Shown here one piece after another: positions 41,271-64,000 of a stretch of 64,000 nt of DNA. The position numbers and the translations under genes were made by a program. Position 1 is the stretch's first letter; each line of letters opens with the position of its first letter. A model generated the notes under the pieces. It saw only the letters and a list, made by a program, of their open reading frames with translations, was not told where the DNA came from and ran no database searches. The stretch lies in contig NIVC01003112.1 in the NCBI GenBank assembly GCA_002269645.1, forward strand, positions 1-64,000. The letters run 5' to 3'. The stretch is from Macrostomum lignano. Lineage: Eukaryota.

Positions 41271-42289
41271 ATGCCAGAGATCATAGAATGAGGAAGAGAT
41301 GAGGTAGGTGAGAGTGGGGAAAGCTCCAATATCTTGGATTAGTACAAATCGGTACAAATCCGTGATAACACGCGCGCATGTCGGACACTCAGTTTCCAGG
41401 CCAGCTGGTTGAAGACCATCAAGCCTCCGAGTATGACGGACGAGCAAGCTGTAGAGCAGGAGAGGGTTGGGAATGTAAAAGCAGCAAGGAATCCAGAGTG
41501 GATCGATAGAACCAGCATAACAGTTTCCTCAGCCTCCGTTCCTGTGCTAAAATACAAAACCTTTTAGGTCATTTCTCACAAATTTGACAGCAATCGGGAG
41601 CCTGCCTTTTCTTAGAATCTCGCCCTGGCTGGCTTTTTCCTGGGAGATTTTTGGGTCTTCCAGGCTCTCCTTTAGAACAGTCGGTAATTAAATACGGAAT
41701 GGGCGAAGATGTGCGAGGGAAAGGGGGAGAGAGGGAGAGGGGAGAGGGGAGGTGGGGAGGTGGGAAAACGCAGGACAATTGAGATAAAAGGTTCAATTGA
41801 GGAGATTATCTGAAGGAGAAGGTGGCCCAGTGTTTATCCAGATAGTGCTCAGCTCGGGGGGCAAGGCTGAGCATTGCAGGCAGTGAGCACGCACTGATGC
41901 CGTGGCGAGCACAGTTTGAGAAGTCACTACTGGCTGGAGGCAGAGTAAACAGACCCGGCACAGGCCGCTGACCGAGAGACCGGATGGCAGCTGCACCGTT
42001 AATAAGCAGGCAATATTGCGGGGAACATGCGCAAAGGGATGCAGTACATCTTGGAGAGGCTGGACCGAGTGCAAAATTGCTCAAGGAAAGATGAGATGCT
42101 ATCTCATTTCAGAATTATAAGGCTAAGACTCAGTGGTGAATACGCTAGATATAGTGATGAGATGTAGGCCCAACCGGGAGTGGAGGTGACTGTTCGGGCA
42201 GCTGCACCATTATTCACAATGAACTGAGGCATTGCAAGCCATTTCTCTCTGGCTGGTGGCTGGGAGGAGTGCCAGAGAGAGGCAGAGGG

Positions 42290-42500
42290 TGGAGGGAGCG
42301 GCAATGGCAGAGGGGGTAGAGGGCAGAGGGAGGACCAGAGGGAGGAGCGAGGGAAGAGCAGAGGGAGAAGAAAAGGGAAGAGCAGAGGGAAGAGCAGAGG
42401 GAGGAGCAGAGGAAGGAGCAGAGGCAGGAGCAGAGGGAGGAGCAGAGGGAGGAGCAGAGGGAGGAGCAGAGGGAGGAGCAGAGGGAGGAGCAGAGGGAGG
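42290..42500. repeat. 12-bp purine-rich repeat (GAGGGAGGAGCA)
   Basis: Directly visible. Confidence 0.85.
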
Positions 42501-42861
42501 GGCAGCTGATTGCAGTTTGCAACTGTTGCGGAGAGAAGCGTGCCCCGGGGAAATTTCCGCAGTCTTAATTATTAACATAAAATAGCTCATGGATTTGGCC
42601 GGCAGCTGTGAAAGCCACAGCGAACTATGAGAAGCTGTTTACCTTATGTCGGGGAGCATTTATCCGACCCTAAGCTCGCCGTTGTAGCGGCTGTCCGAGC
42701 AAAGGCGAGGCGAAGGCCAGAGTTTGTGGCCAACTTAAGAATCGAAACGCCCGGGGATGAGCTCTCTGTGCTCAGGAAGCAATTTGTTTGGCAAGCTTTG
42801 TGCTTATCTGTGCTTATCAGAATACAGATAAAACCGGTGACCGGCAACACCTTAGTAGCTT

Positions 42862-43392
42862 TGACGCCACCTAATTAGCCTTGTCGGTGCCACCTAATTA
42901 GCCTTGGCGCCACCTAATTAATCTTTTTGGCGCCACCTAATTAGCCTTGGCGCCAACTAAATAGCCTTGGCGCCACCTAGTTAGCCTTGGTGCCACCTAA
43001 TTAATCTTGTTGGCGCCACCTAATTAGCCTTGGCGCCAACTAAATAGCCTTGGCGCCACCTAGTTAGCCTTGGTGCCACCTAATTAATCTTGTTGGCGCC
43101 ACCTAATTAGCCTTGGCGCTAACTAATTAGCCTTGGCGCCACCTGATTAGCCTTGGCGCCACCTAGTTAACCTTGTTGGCGCCAACTAATTAGCCTTGTT
43201 GGCGCCACCTAAATAGCCTTGGCACCAACTAATTAGCCTTGGCGCCACCTAATTAGCCTTGGAGCCAACTAATTGGCATTGGCGCCACCTAATTAGCCTT
43301 GTTGGCGCCAACTAAGCCTTGTTGGCGCCACCTAAATAGCCTTGGCGCCAACTAATCAGCATTGGCGCCACCTAATCAGCATTGGCGCCATC
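42862..43392. repeat. ~21-25-bp degenerate tandem repeat with a TTGGCGCCA core
   Basis: Unit TTGGCGCCACCTAATTAGCC. Confidence 0.9.
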
Positions 43393-43797
43393 AAGTTTTT
43401 TTCGTCACCCAATTAAATTTATTGCCCTTTTGATAGCACTGGCGCCCATAAGAATAAATTTCTTTGCAAACTACTGGCACAGTGTCCCACACTCTCCCCT
43501 CCAGCCCCTGAGTACACTCAAAGCCCTCGTTGGCTTGACAACAGAGTAAGAGAATTCTCAGCAGCTCACTGAGTTCGCTGCCCCTGGCATCTTGATGAAA
43601 GACACCTGCTGAGGAGGGGTAGCCGCTGGCAGTGCAAACTTTTGCACACTGTACTCCGCTGGCATTGTCGAGTGTACACCCGCCTGCGACTCGGTGGGGT
43701 TGTCATAAAACAGACGCCCTGCATTGTCCGAAATGCCCAGTGGTTCAAGTCTTCTTTCTGACAGGCATCTTGCTGAAATTTGGCCACTAACTGCAGC

Positions 43798-53355
<9,558 letters not shown>

Positions 53356-54423
53356 CCTCCCGCAACAGCTCATTAACACGAGTTTTTATATAATTATTTA
53401 AGCACCCGACTAACCGAAATCCCAACAAAACCTCAGAAGATAATTAGGGATCAATGAAACTTGAACAGCAGACATGAGCACCGATTCCAAACGCTATATT
53501 TTGCCACATAAGAGTACATATCTGACACTCCTACTGAAATAAATAACACTGTTTATTAAGAGTTGACTCCAGATTTTAACAAGCGCACAACAATAACAAA
53601 GCAATATTTGCAGACTCAAAATGCTTGACGATTTCCGTACCGACGACTCACTTCCCAAAGCAGAGCCCCCAATCACTCCGTGTTGCCCCGGTTTCCTGAC
53701 AACTATTTCTTATACAGTATACTCGTATAACCGAGGCTTTGAACTGTAACCATATCGCATTTCTGCAAATGTGGCCTGCACTGGCTCTGGATGCTGCTAA
53801 CCCAGCCCAGCTAGCCCGGGATCGATGCGCTCCATGCTTCTCAACTCTGCTCACACTACTCAAGCCTGTCTCCCCTCACACCCTGCCCCGTGGCGGAATC
53901 TCTGGAGTGTGTATAGAACACCGGGGGCCGGGATGTTTCTCTTCTGCCCAGCCTCCCCTGCTCGGCCGGCGGGCCGCATCCTCTGCGTGCAGTCTTTCTC
54001 TTATTTCTTGAGTCTTGATTTTTCTGAGCCGCAAAATCCCGCCGCGCATTTGGCGAGCACCGGTGCTGGGAGCCAGCGGGCCCGCGTGACCCCGGAGATC
54101 GCGTGCGATCCCGGCGATTCTCTTGGTCATCGAGGGGAGACGTTGCTGCAGACAGCAGACAGAAGAAGAAATTTTTCTTGCCTGACTGAAACGGGCAAAC
54201 TCGATTGATTAGAAGCAGCTCCGCCTCTCCGCCTCCCGCTCAGGAGCGGAGTGTAACGAATTAACCGATGTTGAGACTCCATTTCTGTTCATGTAAACTT
54301 GCTTTTCCACTCCTCGCCCGGGTACAAATGCGCAGCTGACAGAGTTGAGTGGCACTGCGGCTCGAGTTGATGAATTCGATTTCGGTGGGGAATTGCCTGT
54401 CCGAGTAGCACAGGGGTAGGGTG

Positions 54424-57400
54424 GATTGCTAATCTAGCCAGTCATGGATTGCTAATCTAGCCAGTCATGGATTGCTAATCTAGCCAGTCATGGGTATTGC
54501 TAATCTAACCAGTCATGGGTAATGCTAATCTAGCCAGTCATGGGTATTGCTAATCTAGCCAGTCATGGGTGGCTAATCTAGCCAGTCATGGATTGCTAAT
54601 CTAGCCAGTCATGGATTGCTAATCTAGCCAGTCATGGGTATTGCTAATCTAGCCAGCCATGGATTGCTAATCTAGCCAGTCATGGATTGCTAATCTAGCC
54701 AGTCATGGATTGCTAATCTAGCCAGTCATGGATTGCTAATCTAGCCAGTCATGGATGCAGGAATAGAATGGATTGCTAATCTAGCCAGCCATGGATTGCT
54801 AATCTAGCCAGCCATGGATTGCTAATCTAGCCAGTCATGGATTGCTAATCTAGCCAGCCATGGATTGCTAATCTAGCCAGTCATGGATTGCTAATCTAGC
54901 CAGTCATGGATTGCTAATCTAGCCAGTCATGGATTGCTAATCTAGCCAGTCATGGATGCAGGAATAGAATGGATTGCTAATCTAGCCAGCCATGGATTGC
55001 TAATCTAGCCAGTCATGGATTGCTAATCTAGCCAGTCATGGATTGCTAATCTAGCCAGTCATGGATTGCTAATCTAGCCAGTCATGGATTGCTAATCTAG
55101 CCAGCCATGGATTGCTAATCTAGCCAGCCATGGATTGCTAATCTAGCCAGTCATGGATTGCTAATCTAGCCAGTCATGGATTGCTAATCTAGCCAGCCAT
55201 GGATTGCTAATCTAGCCAGCCATGGATTGCTAATCTAGCCAGTCATGAGTATTGCTAATCTAGCCAGTCATGGATTGCTAATCTAGCCAGTCATGAGTAT
55301 TGCTAATCTAGCCAGCCATGGATTGCTAATCTAGCCAGTCATGGATTGCTAATCTAGCCAGCCATGGATTGCTAATCTAGCCAGCCATGGATTGCTAATC
55401 TAGCCAGTCATGGATTGCTAATCTAGCCAGTCATGGATTGCTAATCTAGCCAGTCATGGATTGCTAATCTAGCCAGTCATGGATGCAGGAATAGAATGGA
55501 TTGCTAATCTAGCCAGCCATGGATTGCTAATCTAGCCAGCCATGGATTGCTAATCTAGCCAGCCATGGATTGCTAATCTAGCCAGCCATGGATTGCTAAT
55601 CTAGCCAGTCATGGATTGCTAATCTAGCCAGTCATGGATTGCTAATCTAGCCAGTCATGGATTGCTAATCTAGCCAGTCATGGATGCAGGAATAGAATGG
55701 ATTGCTAATCTAGCCAGCCATGGATTGCTAATCTAGCCAGTCATGGATTGCTAATCTAGCCAGTCATGGATTGCTAATCTAGCCAGTCATGGATTGCTAA
55801 TCTAGCCAGTCATGGATTGCTAATCTAGCCAGCCATGGATTGCTAATCTAGCCAGTCATGGATTGCTAATCTAGCCAGTCATGGATTGCTAATCTAGCCA
55901 GTCATGGATTGCTAATCTAGCCAGCCATGGATTGCTAATCTAGCCAGCCATGGATTGCTAATCTAGCCAGTCATGAGTATTGCTAATCTAGCCAGTCATG
56001 GATTGCTAATCTAGCCAGTCATGGATTGCTAATCTAGCCAGTCATGAGTATTGCTAATCTAGCCAGCCATGGATTGCTAATCTTGCCAGTCATGAGTATT
56101 GCTAATCTAGCCAGCCATGGATTGCTAATCTAGCCAGCCATGGATTGCTAATCTAGCCAGTCATGGATTGCTAATCTAGCCAGTCATGGGTATTGCTAAT
56201 CTAGCCAGCCATGGATTGCTAATCTAGCCAGTCATGGGTTGCTAATCTAGCCAGTCATGGATTGCTAATCTAGCCAGTCATGGGTATTGCAAATCTAGCC
56301 AGTCATGGATGCAGGAATAGAATGGATTGCTAATCTAGCCTATCACGGATGCAGGAATAGAATGGATTGCTAATCTAGCCTATCACGGATGCAGGAATAG
56401 AATGGATTGCTAATCTAGCCTATCACGGATGCAGGAATAGAATGGATTGCTAATCTAGCCAGCCATGGATTGCTAATCTAGCCAGTCATGAGTATTGCTA
56501 ATCTAGCCAGCCATGGATTGCTAATCTAGCCAGTCATGAGTATTGCTAATCTAGCCAGCCATGGATTGCTAATCTAGCCAGTCATGAGTATTGCTAATCT
56601 AGCCAGCCATGGATTGCTAATCTAGCCAGTCATGGGTTGCTAATCTAGCCAGTCATGGATTGCTAATCTAGCCAGTCATGGGTATTGCAAATCTAGCCAG
56701 TCATGGATGCAGGAATAGAATGGATTGCTAATCTAGCCTATCACGGATGCAGGAATAGAATGGATTGCTAATCTAGCCTATCACGGATGCAGGAATAGAA
56801 TGGATTGCTAATCTAGCCTATCACGGATGCAGGAATAGAATGGATTGCTAATCTAGCCTATCATGGATGCAGGAATAGAATGGATTGCTAATCTAGCCTA
56901 TCACGGATGCAGGAATAGAATGGATTGCTAATCTAGCCTATCATGGATGCAGGAATAGAATGGATTGCTAATCTAGCCTATCATGGATGCAGGAATAGAA
57001 TGGATTGCTAATCTAGCCTATCACGGATGCAGGAATAGAATGGATTGCTAATCTAGCCTATCACGGATGCAGGAATAGAATGGATTGCTAATCTAGCCTA
57101 TCATGGATGCAGGAATAGAATGGATTGCTAATCTAGCCTATCATGGATGCAGGAATAGAATGGATTGCTAATCTAGCCTATCATGGATGCAGGAATAGAA
57201 TGGATTGCTAATCTAGCCTATCATGGATGCAGGAATAGAATGGATTGCTAATCTAGCCTATCATGGATGCAGGAATAGAATGGATTGCTAATCTAGCCTA
57301 TCATGGATGCAGGAATAGAATGGATTGCTAATCTAGCCTATCATGGATGCAGGAATAGAATGGATTGCTAATCTAGCCTATCATGGATGCAGGAATAGAA

Positions 57401-58078
57401 TGGATTGCTAATCTAGCCTATCATGGGTGCAGGAATAGAATGGATTGCTAATCTAGCCTATCATGGGTGCAGGAATAGAATGGATTGCTAATCTAGCCTA
57501 TCATGGGTGCAGGAATAGAATGGATTGCTAATCTAGCCTATCATGGATGCAGGAATAGAATGGATTGCTAATCTAGCCTATCATGGATGCAGGAATAGAA
57601 TGGATTGCTAATCTAGCCTATCATGGATGCAGGAATAGAATGGATTGCTAATCTAGCCTATCATGGGTGCAGGAATAGAATGGATTGCTAATCTAGCCTA
57701 TCATGGATGCAGGAATAGAATGGATTGCTAATCTAGCCTATCATGGATGCAGGAATAGAATGGATTGCTAATCTAGCCTATCATGGATGCAGGAATAGAA
57801 TGGATTGCTAATCTAGCCTATCATGGATGCAGGAATAGAATGGATTGCTAATCTAGCCTATCACGGATGCAGGAATAGAATGGATTGCTAATCTAGCCTA
57901 TCACGGATGCAGCAATAGAATGGATTGCTAATCTAGCCTATCATGGGTGCAGGAATAGAATGGATTGCTAATCTAGCCTATCACGGATGCAGGAATAGAA
58001 TGGATTGCTAATCTAGCCTATCATGGATGCAGGAATAGAATGGATTGCTAATCTAGCCTATCATGGATGCAGGAATAG
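54424..58078. repeat. 3.6-kb composite satellite: 23-bp unit on the left, 40-bp unit on the right
   Basis: ATGGATTGCTAATCTAGCCAGYC grades into TGGATTGCTAATCTAGCCTATCAYGGATGCAGGAATAGAA. Confidence 0.97.
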
Positions 58079-58557
58079 AGCGATACATAATGGAATGCAG
58101 CCAGATATCAGACCCCAGTCTGCACCAGAGTGGCCAGCAATTTTTTGCGAAGCCGCAGAGGTTTGAACAGGTCAGTCGCACTATCAAAAACAGAGCAGTC
58201 AGAATTCGCACTATGCAAGGCGCGAAATCTGGCAGGCGAGCTGCTACCCCCCCCCCACTCCGTCACTGGCTGTCCGGCTCCGCCAATGAAATTTCTGCAG
58301 TCTTGAAGCTTTCAGTCCGGCGCCCTGCTGCCGGGGCTTCATCTCCCAACTTCGGGTAGCAACCAGCAACCTACTGAGGCGCGGTCTTCAATTGCCGAAC
58401 TCAAAACTCAGCCAACTCACGGAAAGCGGCGCTGAAGAGTTCCGACCAGTTGTTGCTTTGTCGACAGTCAGCTGACTGAGGGGCCCTCCGGTTTGCTGGG
58501 GTCGGCAGCGACGCCTGACAGGGAAGATGGCCGCCGGCATGTGACCGCACTGCGAGC

Positions 58558-58665
58558 ATGGTGGACTACATCAACAAGTTCGACATCGAGCTGGCCAAGC
58601 CGGTCTGGTACGCCGGCGAAGAGCTCACTGGTCACATAATCGTGGACAGCACGGAGAACTTCAAG
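58558..58665 (+). CDS. First coding exon of an alpha-arrestin (arrestin-domain-containing, ARRD-17-like) gene; downstream exons not identified in the window
   Basis: MVDYINKFDIELAKPVWYAGEELTGHIIVDSTENFK followed by donor GTGAGT; matches the arrestin_N start F.I.L....Y.AGE...G.V...... Confidence 0.82.
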
Positions 58666-58779
58666 GTGAGTCGATTGAGCTTTGAGAGCTGCAGATGGCG
58701 TTTGAGCAGCTGGCTTTAATTGATGGCTTTCGTCTGTGATGAGAGAGATGGCGCCATGCGTGTTATAAGGCGCCATGCG

Positions 58780-59282
58780 TGTGTTACAGGGCGCCATGCA
58801 TCTGTTTTGAGGCGCCATGCGTGTGCTAGGGGGCGCCATTTGATGCAAAGGAGCGTCATGGGGTGCAGGGGAGTGCCATGGGGTGCAGGGGAGTGCCATG
58901 GGGTGCAGGGGAGTGCCATGGGGTGCAGGGGAGTGCCATGGGGTGCAGGGGAGTGCCATGGGGTGCAGAGAGCGCCATGGGGTGCAGGGGAGCGCCATGG
59001 GATGCAGGGGAGTGCCATGGGGTTCAGGGGAGTGCCATGGGGTTCAGGGGAGTGCCATGGGGTGCAGGGGAGTGCCATGGGGTGCAGGGGAGTGCCATAG
59101 GGTGCAGGGGAGCGCCATGGGGTGCAGGGGAGCGCCATGGGGTGCAGGGGAGCGCCATGGGGTGCAGGGGAGCGCCATGGGGTGCAGGGGAGCGCCATGG
59201 GATGCAGGGGAGCGCCATGGGGTGCAGGGGAGCGCCATGGGGTGCAGGGGAGCGCCATGGGGTGCAGGGGAGCGCCATGGGG
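58780..59282. repeat. 20-bp tandem repeat in the arrestin intron
   Basis: Unit ATGGGGTGCAGGGGAG(T/C)GCC. Confidence 0.95.
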
Positions 59283-59964
59283 TGAAAAGGAGCGCCGCAG
59301 GGAAGCGCCCTATCCAACTGTATCGCCTTCAACTGCCCAAGTGGCATCACCAGTTTAGTCAGAAATTTTCACATCCGGTCTGCAGGTGTGCAAAAGCAGC
59401 AGTTTTGCTTCCACCTCGTGGCAACGCAGGAGGCCTGGATAACCGCGATGCAATCAGCTGCAAGCCAGAAATCAGCACAGGGGGCACAGGAAAGCCACAA
59501 TAAATGCCGTTTATGTCTGCCCTACCCTCGGTCGCTCATTTCGGGCCTAGGGCTGTTTGCCCTCCGTGTCGGAGCATTGCAGCTGCTCTGCTTTCTTCTC
59601 TCTGTTTGCCCACCTGCCGAGAGAGTCTGCATACTCGTACCTGTTCGGCTCCCTCCTCAGCAACGTCTCTGTCGTCTTTCTTTCCTTCTTGGCCTAATTT
59701 TCTTCTCTCGCTCTGTCCGTCCGCTTAAGTGGACAGTTGGAACAGAAGGTTTCGCTCTCCGCCTCTCTTCCTCCAGCTGTCTCCTCTCCTCTCTTCTCCC
59801 TCCTCATCAATTATGCCCTGGTTGGGAGTTGATCCCTACACCGCAAGCCCAGTAGCCAAGCAGGTGCTGCCCCCCATCCTGCTGCCATCGGATGCCCGGC
59901 TGCAGTGAGCGATATTGGGATTAGTTGAAGTTTGGCGAGTGGAAAATCGAATGTCCTTGGACTA

Positions 59965-62472
59965 GTCACTAATGACTAGGATTAGTCACCCAATGACTTG
60001 GATTAGTCATCCAGTGACTTGGATTAGTCACCCAGTGACTTGGATTAGTCATCCAGTGACTTGGATTAGTCACCCAGTGACTTGGATTAGTCACCCAGTG
60101 ACTTGGATTAGTCACCCAGTGACTTGGATTAGTCACCCTATGGTGTATTAGTCACCCAATGACTTGGATTAGTCACCCAATGGTGGATTAGTCACCCAAT
60201 GGTGGATTAGTCACCCAATGACTTGGATTAGTCACCCAATGGTGGATTAGTCACCCAATGACTTGGATTAGTCACCCAATGACTTGGATTAGTCACCCAA
60301 TGACTTGGATTAGTCACCCAATGACTTGGATTAGTCACCCAATGGTGGATTAGTCACCCAATGACTTGGATTAGTCACCCAATGGTGGATTAGTCACCCA
60401 ATGGTGGATTAGGCACCCAATGACTTGGATTAGTCACCCAATGACTTGGATTAGTCACCCTATGGTGGATTAGTCACCCAATGACTTGGATTAGTCACCC
60501 AATGGTGGATTAGTCACCCAATGACTTTGATTAGTCACCCAATGGTGGATTAGTCCCCCAATGGTGGACTAGTCACCCCTTGATGGATTAGTCACCCACT
60601 GACTTGGATTAGTCACCCAGTGACTTGGATTAGTCACCCAATGGTGGATTAGTCACCCAATGGTGGATTAGTCACCCAATGACTTGGATTAGTCACCCAA
60701 TGACTTGGATTAGTCACCCAATGGTGGATTAGTCACTAAATGATGGATTAGTCCCCCAATGGTGGACTAGTCACCCCTTGATGGATTAGTCACCCACTGA
60801 CTTGGATTAGTCACCCAGTGACTTGGATTAGTCACCCAATGGTGGATTAGTCACCCAATGGTGGATAAGTCACCCAATGACTTGGATTAGTCACCCAATG
60901 ACTTGGATTAGTCACCCTATGGTGGATTAGTCACCCAATGACTTGGATTAGTCACCCCTTGATGGATTAGTCACCCACTGACTTGGATTAGTCACCCCTT
61001 GATGGATTAGTCACCCAGTGACTTGGATTAGTCACCCAATGGTGGATTAGTCACCCTATGGTGGATTAGTCACCCAATGATGGATTAGTCACTCAATGGT
61101 GGATTAGTCACCCAATGACTTGGATTAGTCACCCAATGGTGGATTAGTCACTAAATGATGGATTAGTCCCCCAATGGTGGACTAGTCACCCCTTGATGGA
61201 TTAGTCACCCACTGACTTGGATTAGTCACCCAGTGACTTGGATTAGTCACCCAATGGTGGATTAGTCACTCAATGATGGATTAGTCACCCAATGATGGAT
61301 TAGTCACCCAATGATGGATTAGTCACCCAGTGATGGATTAGTCACCCAATGGTGGATTAGTCACCCAATGGTGGATTAGTCACCCAATGATGGATTAGTC
61401 ACCCAATGGTGGATTAGTCACTCAATGGTGTATTAGTAACCCAATGGTGGATTAGTCACTCAATGGTGGATTAGTCAACCAGTGATGAATTAGTCACCCA
61501 ATGATGGATTAGTCACCCAATGATGGATTAGTCACCCAATGATGGATTAGTCACCCAGTGATGGATTAGTCACCCAATGGTGGATTAGTCACCCAATGGT
61601 GGATTAGTCACCCAATGATGGATTAGTCACCCAATGGTGGATTAGTCACCCAATGGTGGATTAGTCACCCAATGATGGATTAGTCACCCAATGGTGGATT
61701 AGTCACCCAATGGTGGATTAGTCAACCAGTGATGAATTAGTCACCCAATGGTGGATTAGTCACCCAATGGTGGATTAGTCAACCAGTGATGAATTAGTCA
61801 CCCAATGGTGGATTAGTCACCCAATGGTGGATTAGTCAACCAGTGATGAATTAGTCACCCAATGGTGGATTAGTCACCCAATGATGGATTAGTCACCCAG
61901 TGATGGATTAGTCACCCAATGGTGGATTAGTCACCCAATGGTGGATTAGTCACCCAATGATGGATTAGTCACCCAATGGTGGATTAGTCACCCAATGATG
62001 GATTAGTCACCCAATGATGGATTAGTCACCCAATGGTGGATTAGTCACCCAATGATGGATTAGTCACCCAATGATGGATTAGTCACCCAATGGTGGATTA
62101 GTCACCCAATGATGGATTAGTCACCCAATGATGGATTAGTCACCCAATGGTGGATTAGTCACCCAATGATGGATTAGTCACCCAATGATGGATTAGTCAC
62201 CCAATGGTGGATTAGTCACCTATTAACTGTGATTAGTCACCTATTAACTGTGATTAGTCACCTATTAACTGTGATTAGTCACCTATTAACTGTGATTAGT
62301 CACCTATTAACTGTGATTAGTCACCTTTTAACTGTGATTAGTCACCTATTAACTGTGATTAGTCACCTATTAACTGTGATTAGTCACCTATTAACTGTGA
62401 TTAGTCACCTATTAACTGTGATTAGTCACCTATTAACTGTGATTAGTCACCTATTAACTGTGATTAGTCACC
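59965..62472. repeat. 2.5-kb 19-21-bp satellite with a GATTAGTCACC core and successive variant domains
   Basis: Variants CAGTGACTTG, CAATGGTG, CAATGATG and TATTAACTGT follow the shared core. Confidence 0.96.
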
Positions 62473-63639
62473 CAGCCCCTGCACTGAAGTCGCCACAAAG
62501 TGCTGCTGCAGAGCCTTCAAAACCAGAAGTCGTTTATTGCAATTCAGCATCTCAGCTCCATCAGCTTGCCCGCTCAGAACCCTCATGAAGCCCGATTGGT
62601 TTCCTGGACGCCAAAAAACAAATAATTACAAGTGTCAGGCACTCAGGGGGCGCAGGAGAGGGAGGCGAGCTCTGGAGTGGCCCCGTCATCTACTCGAGGG
62701 CGCGTCACTTGAGCAGGTGAGAGCCGCGATCCCCAGTTTGACGCGCTGATCCCGTCCGGTTTTGTCACGGCGTGCGGCGAGGCACGAGGATGATGGGCGA
62801 GGCCACAGCGGACACCTGGGCGTGACAGAACCCCTCCTTCTCTGCTTTTCTCCTCTCCTTCTTGACTCCCCCCCCCCCTGCTTGCCGCAAGATAAGCTGG
62901 AGGCGGGCCCGCCCCCGCTGCTTATCCAGCTGAACTGGGCGGCCATGCGATGGCAAAGCCGATAATAGAGGTGGGGGGGGGGGGCTGGGGAGCCCTGCCG
63001 CTGTCACGAGCTTGCTGTCGGCTGCAGAGCCTGTTTAGCTGAAGCTGTCAGAAGCCGGCTGACCCCGCCCCCGGTCCCATCCGACCTGACAGCGAGGTCC
63101 CTTGTTTCCCGGTAGAGCCTCGGCCGGAGCTGGATTTCCCAGACTTAGTTTGGGTCCTGGTTGCACTTTAAGCCGCAGAACAGCTATGAAGTTTTCCTAC
63201 ATTCAAAAGCTATTCAGTTTTTGTCTTTCAGAAATTTCTGTCCGCAATCAATAAAAGCACTTCTCTCCCAACCCACTCTTTGCTCCCCTTGTCTTTCCTC
63301 TCCTTTCTTCTCCTACCTCCTATCCCTACCTCCTCTCTCTACTTCTTTCTCTACCTCGTATCTCTACCTTCTCTCCCTACCGGGAGCACGAGAATTGCCC
63401 GCAGACGAATTTTGCGCGCCGAGGTTTGTCCGCAATGCTTTTTTTCCTGCAGAGCATTTAGCCACAGCTGTAGCTCGCAAATGAATAGCTGACAGATGCA
63501 CCCTCAAGAAGAATATGCGTTTAATGTATGCAGTTACCATCGAAACGTTTTGATTCTTAAATCTTTATTAAGACTTACAAAGCATTAGGGGGGGGACAAT
63601 GCAGAAAAATTGCCGCGTGGCCAAATGCACTGCAGGACC

Positions 63640-64000
63640 TCCCTAAGTCCTTCTAAGTCCCAGGCTCGTATTGTCGTATCCGGTCTCAAACAATCTGCGA
63701 AGGTAGGTAGCTCCGATGAAGCTCAGAATCTGGGACTCAATCAGCTTTGATTTTTCTCTTCGTCGTCCCAGAGCTGATTGGGATTCGATGTCCCTAGAAT
63801 CAGGCGGGCCACTGCCGGGGCGGAGATCAGAGATGAAGCCAAAGGCGGTAATTAGTTCTACTCGAATCGCAGCCCCCCAGAAGACACGCGCAGGTATCTC
63901 CTGGATAAAAAGTCGCACAGCTCCTCGTCCGTTCCGAGTTCCTGTTGCACTGAGAGCAATTTTGGCTGTCTCAGGTGATGCTGCCAGGTCTAATTAGGCC
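63640..64000 (-). mobile_element. Possible decayed C-terminal fragment of a non-LTR retrotransposon ORF
   Basis: Interrupted frame ...HHLRQPKLL...RLILGTSNPNQLWDDEE...ILSFIGATYLRRLF resembles LINE ORF2 termini; no diagnostic catalytic motif in the window. Confidence 0.3.

Noticed and set aside
62638-62716. Candidate second arrestin exon (AG...GTGAG)
   Set aside because: The translation does not match the expected arrestin_N continuation (I.GI.V...G).

Overview
Eukaryotic (metazoan) genomic DNA with spliced genes. Most long ORFs in the supplied track are artefacts of very abundant 4-42 bp tandem repeats. The repeat-filled introns, short GC-rich exons and gene set suggest a flatworm such as Macrostomum (inference only). 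Genes supported from the sequence: a 3-exon small HLH (ID/Emc-like) gene, an intronless class A peptide-type GPCR, two paralogous intronless ubiquitin-like genes, SMIM30, a PAN+LamG-like gene, a mucin-like type I membrane protein, a 3-exon N-myristoylated four-repeat protein, an 8-exon calpain-5-like gene that has lost all three catalytic residues, and the first coding exon of an alpha-arrestin. Mobile DNA: a 5'-truncated RNase H-bearing LINE (13-bp TSD), a decayed Merlin transposon (8-bp TSD) directly beside it, an internally deleted Ginger1 (CCGG TSD), two tRNA/CORE-type SINEs and a MITE. The strongest candidate for a new system is the tandem pair of N-terminally extended ubiquitin-like proteins. 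Both end in an exposed Gly-Gly, and both promoters share a TATA box and an IRF/ISRE-like GAAATCGAAAAC element, which suggests an ISG15-analogous inducible modifier in an invertebrate. All calls were made by eye, without database searches.
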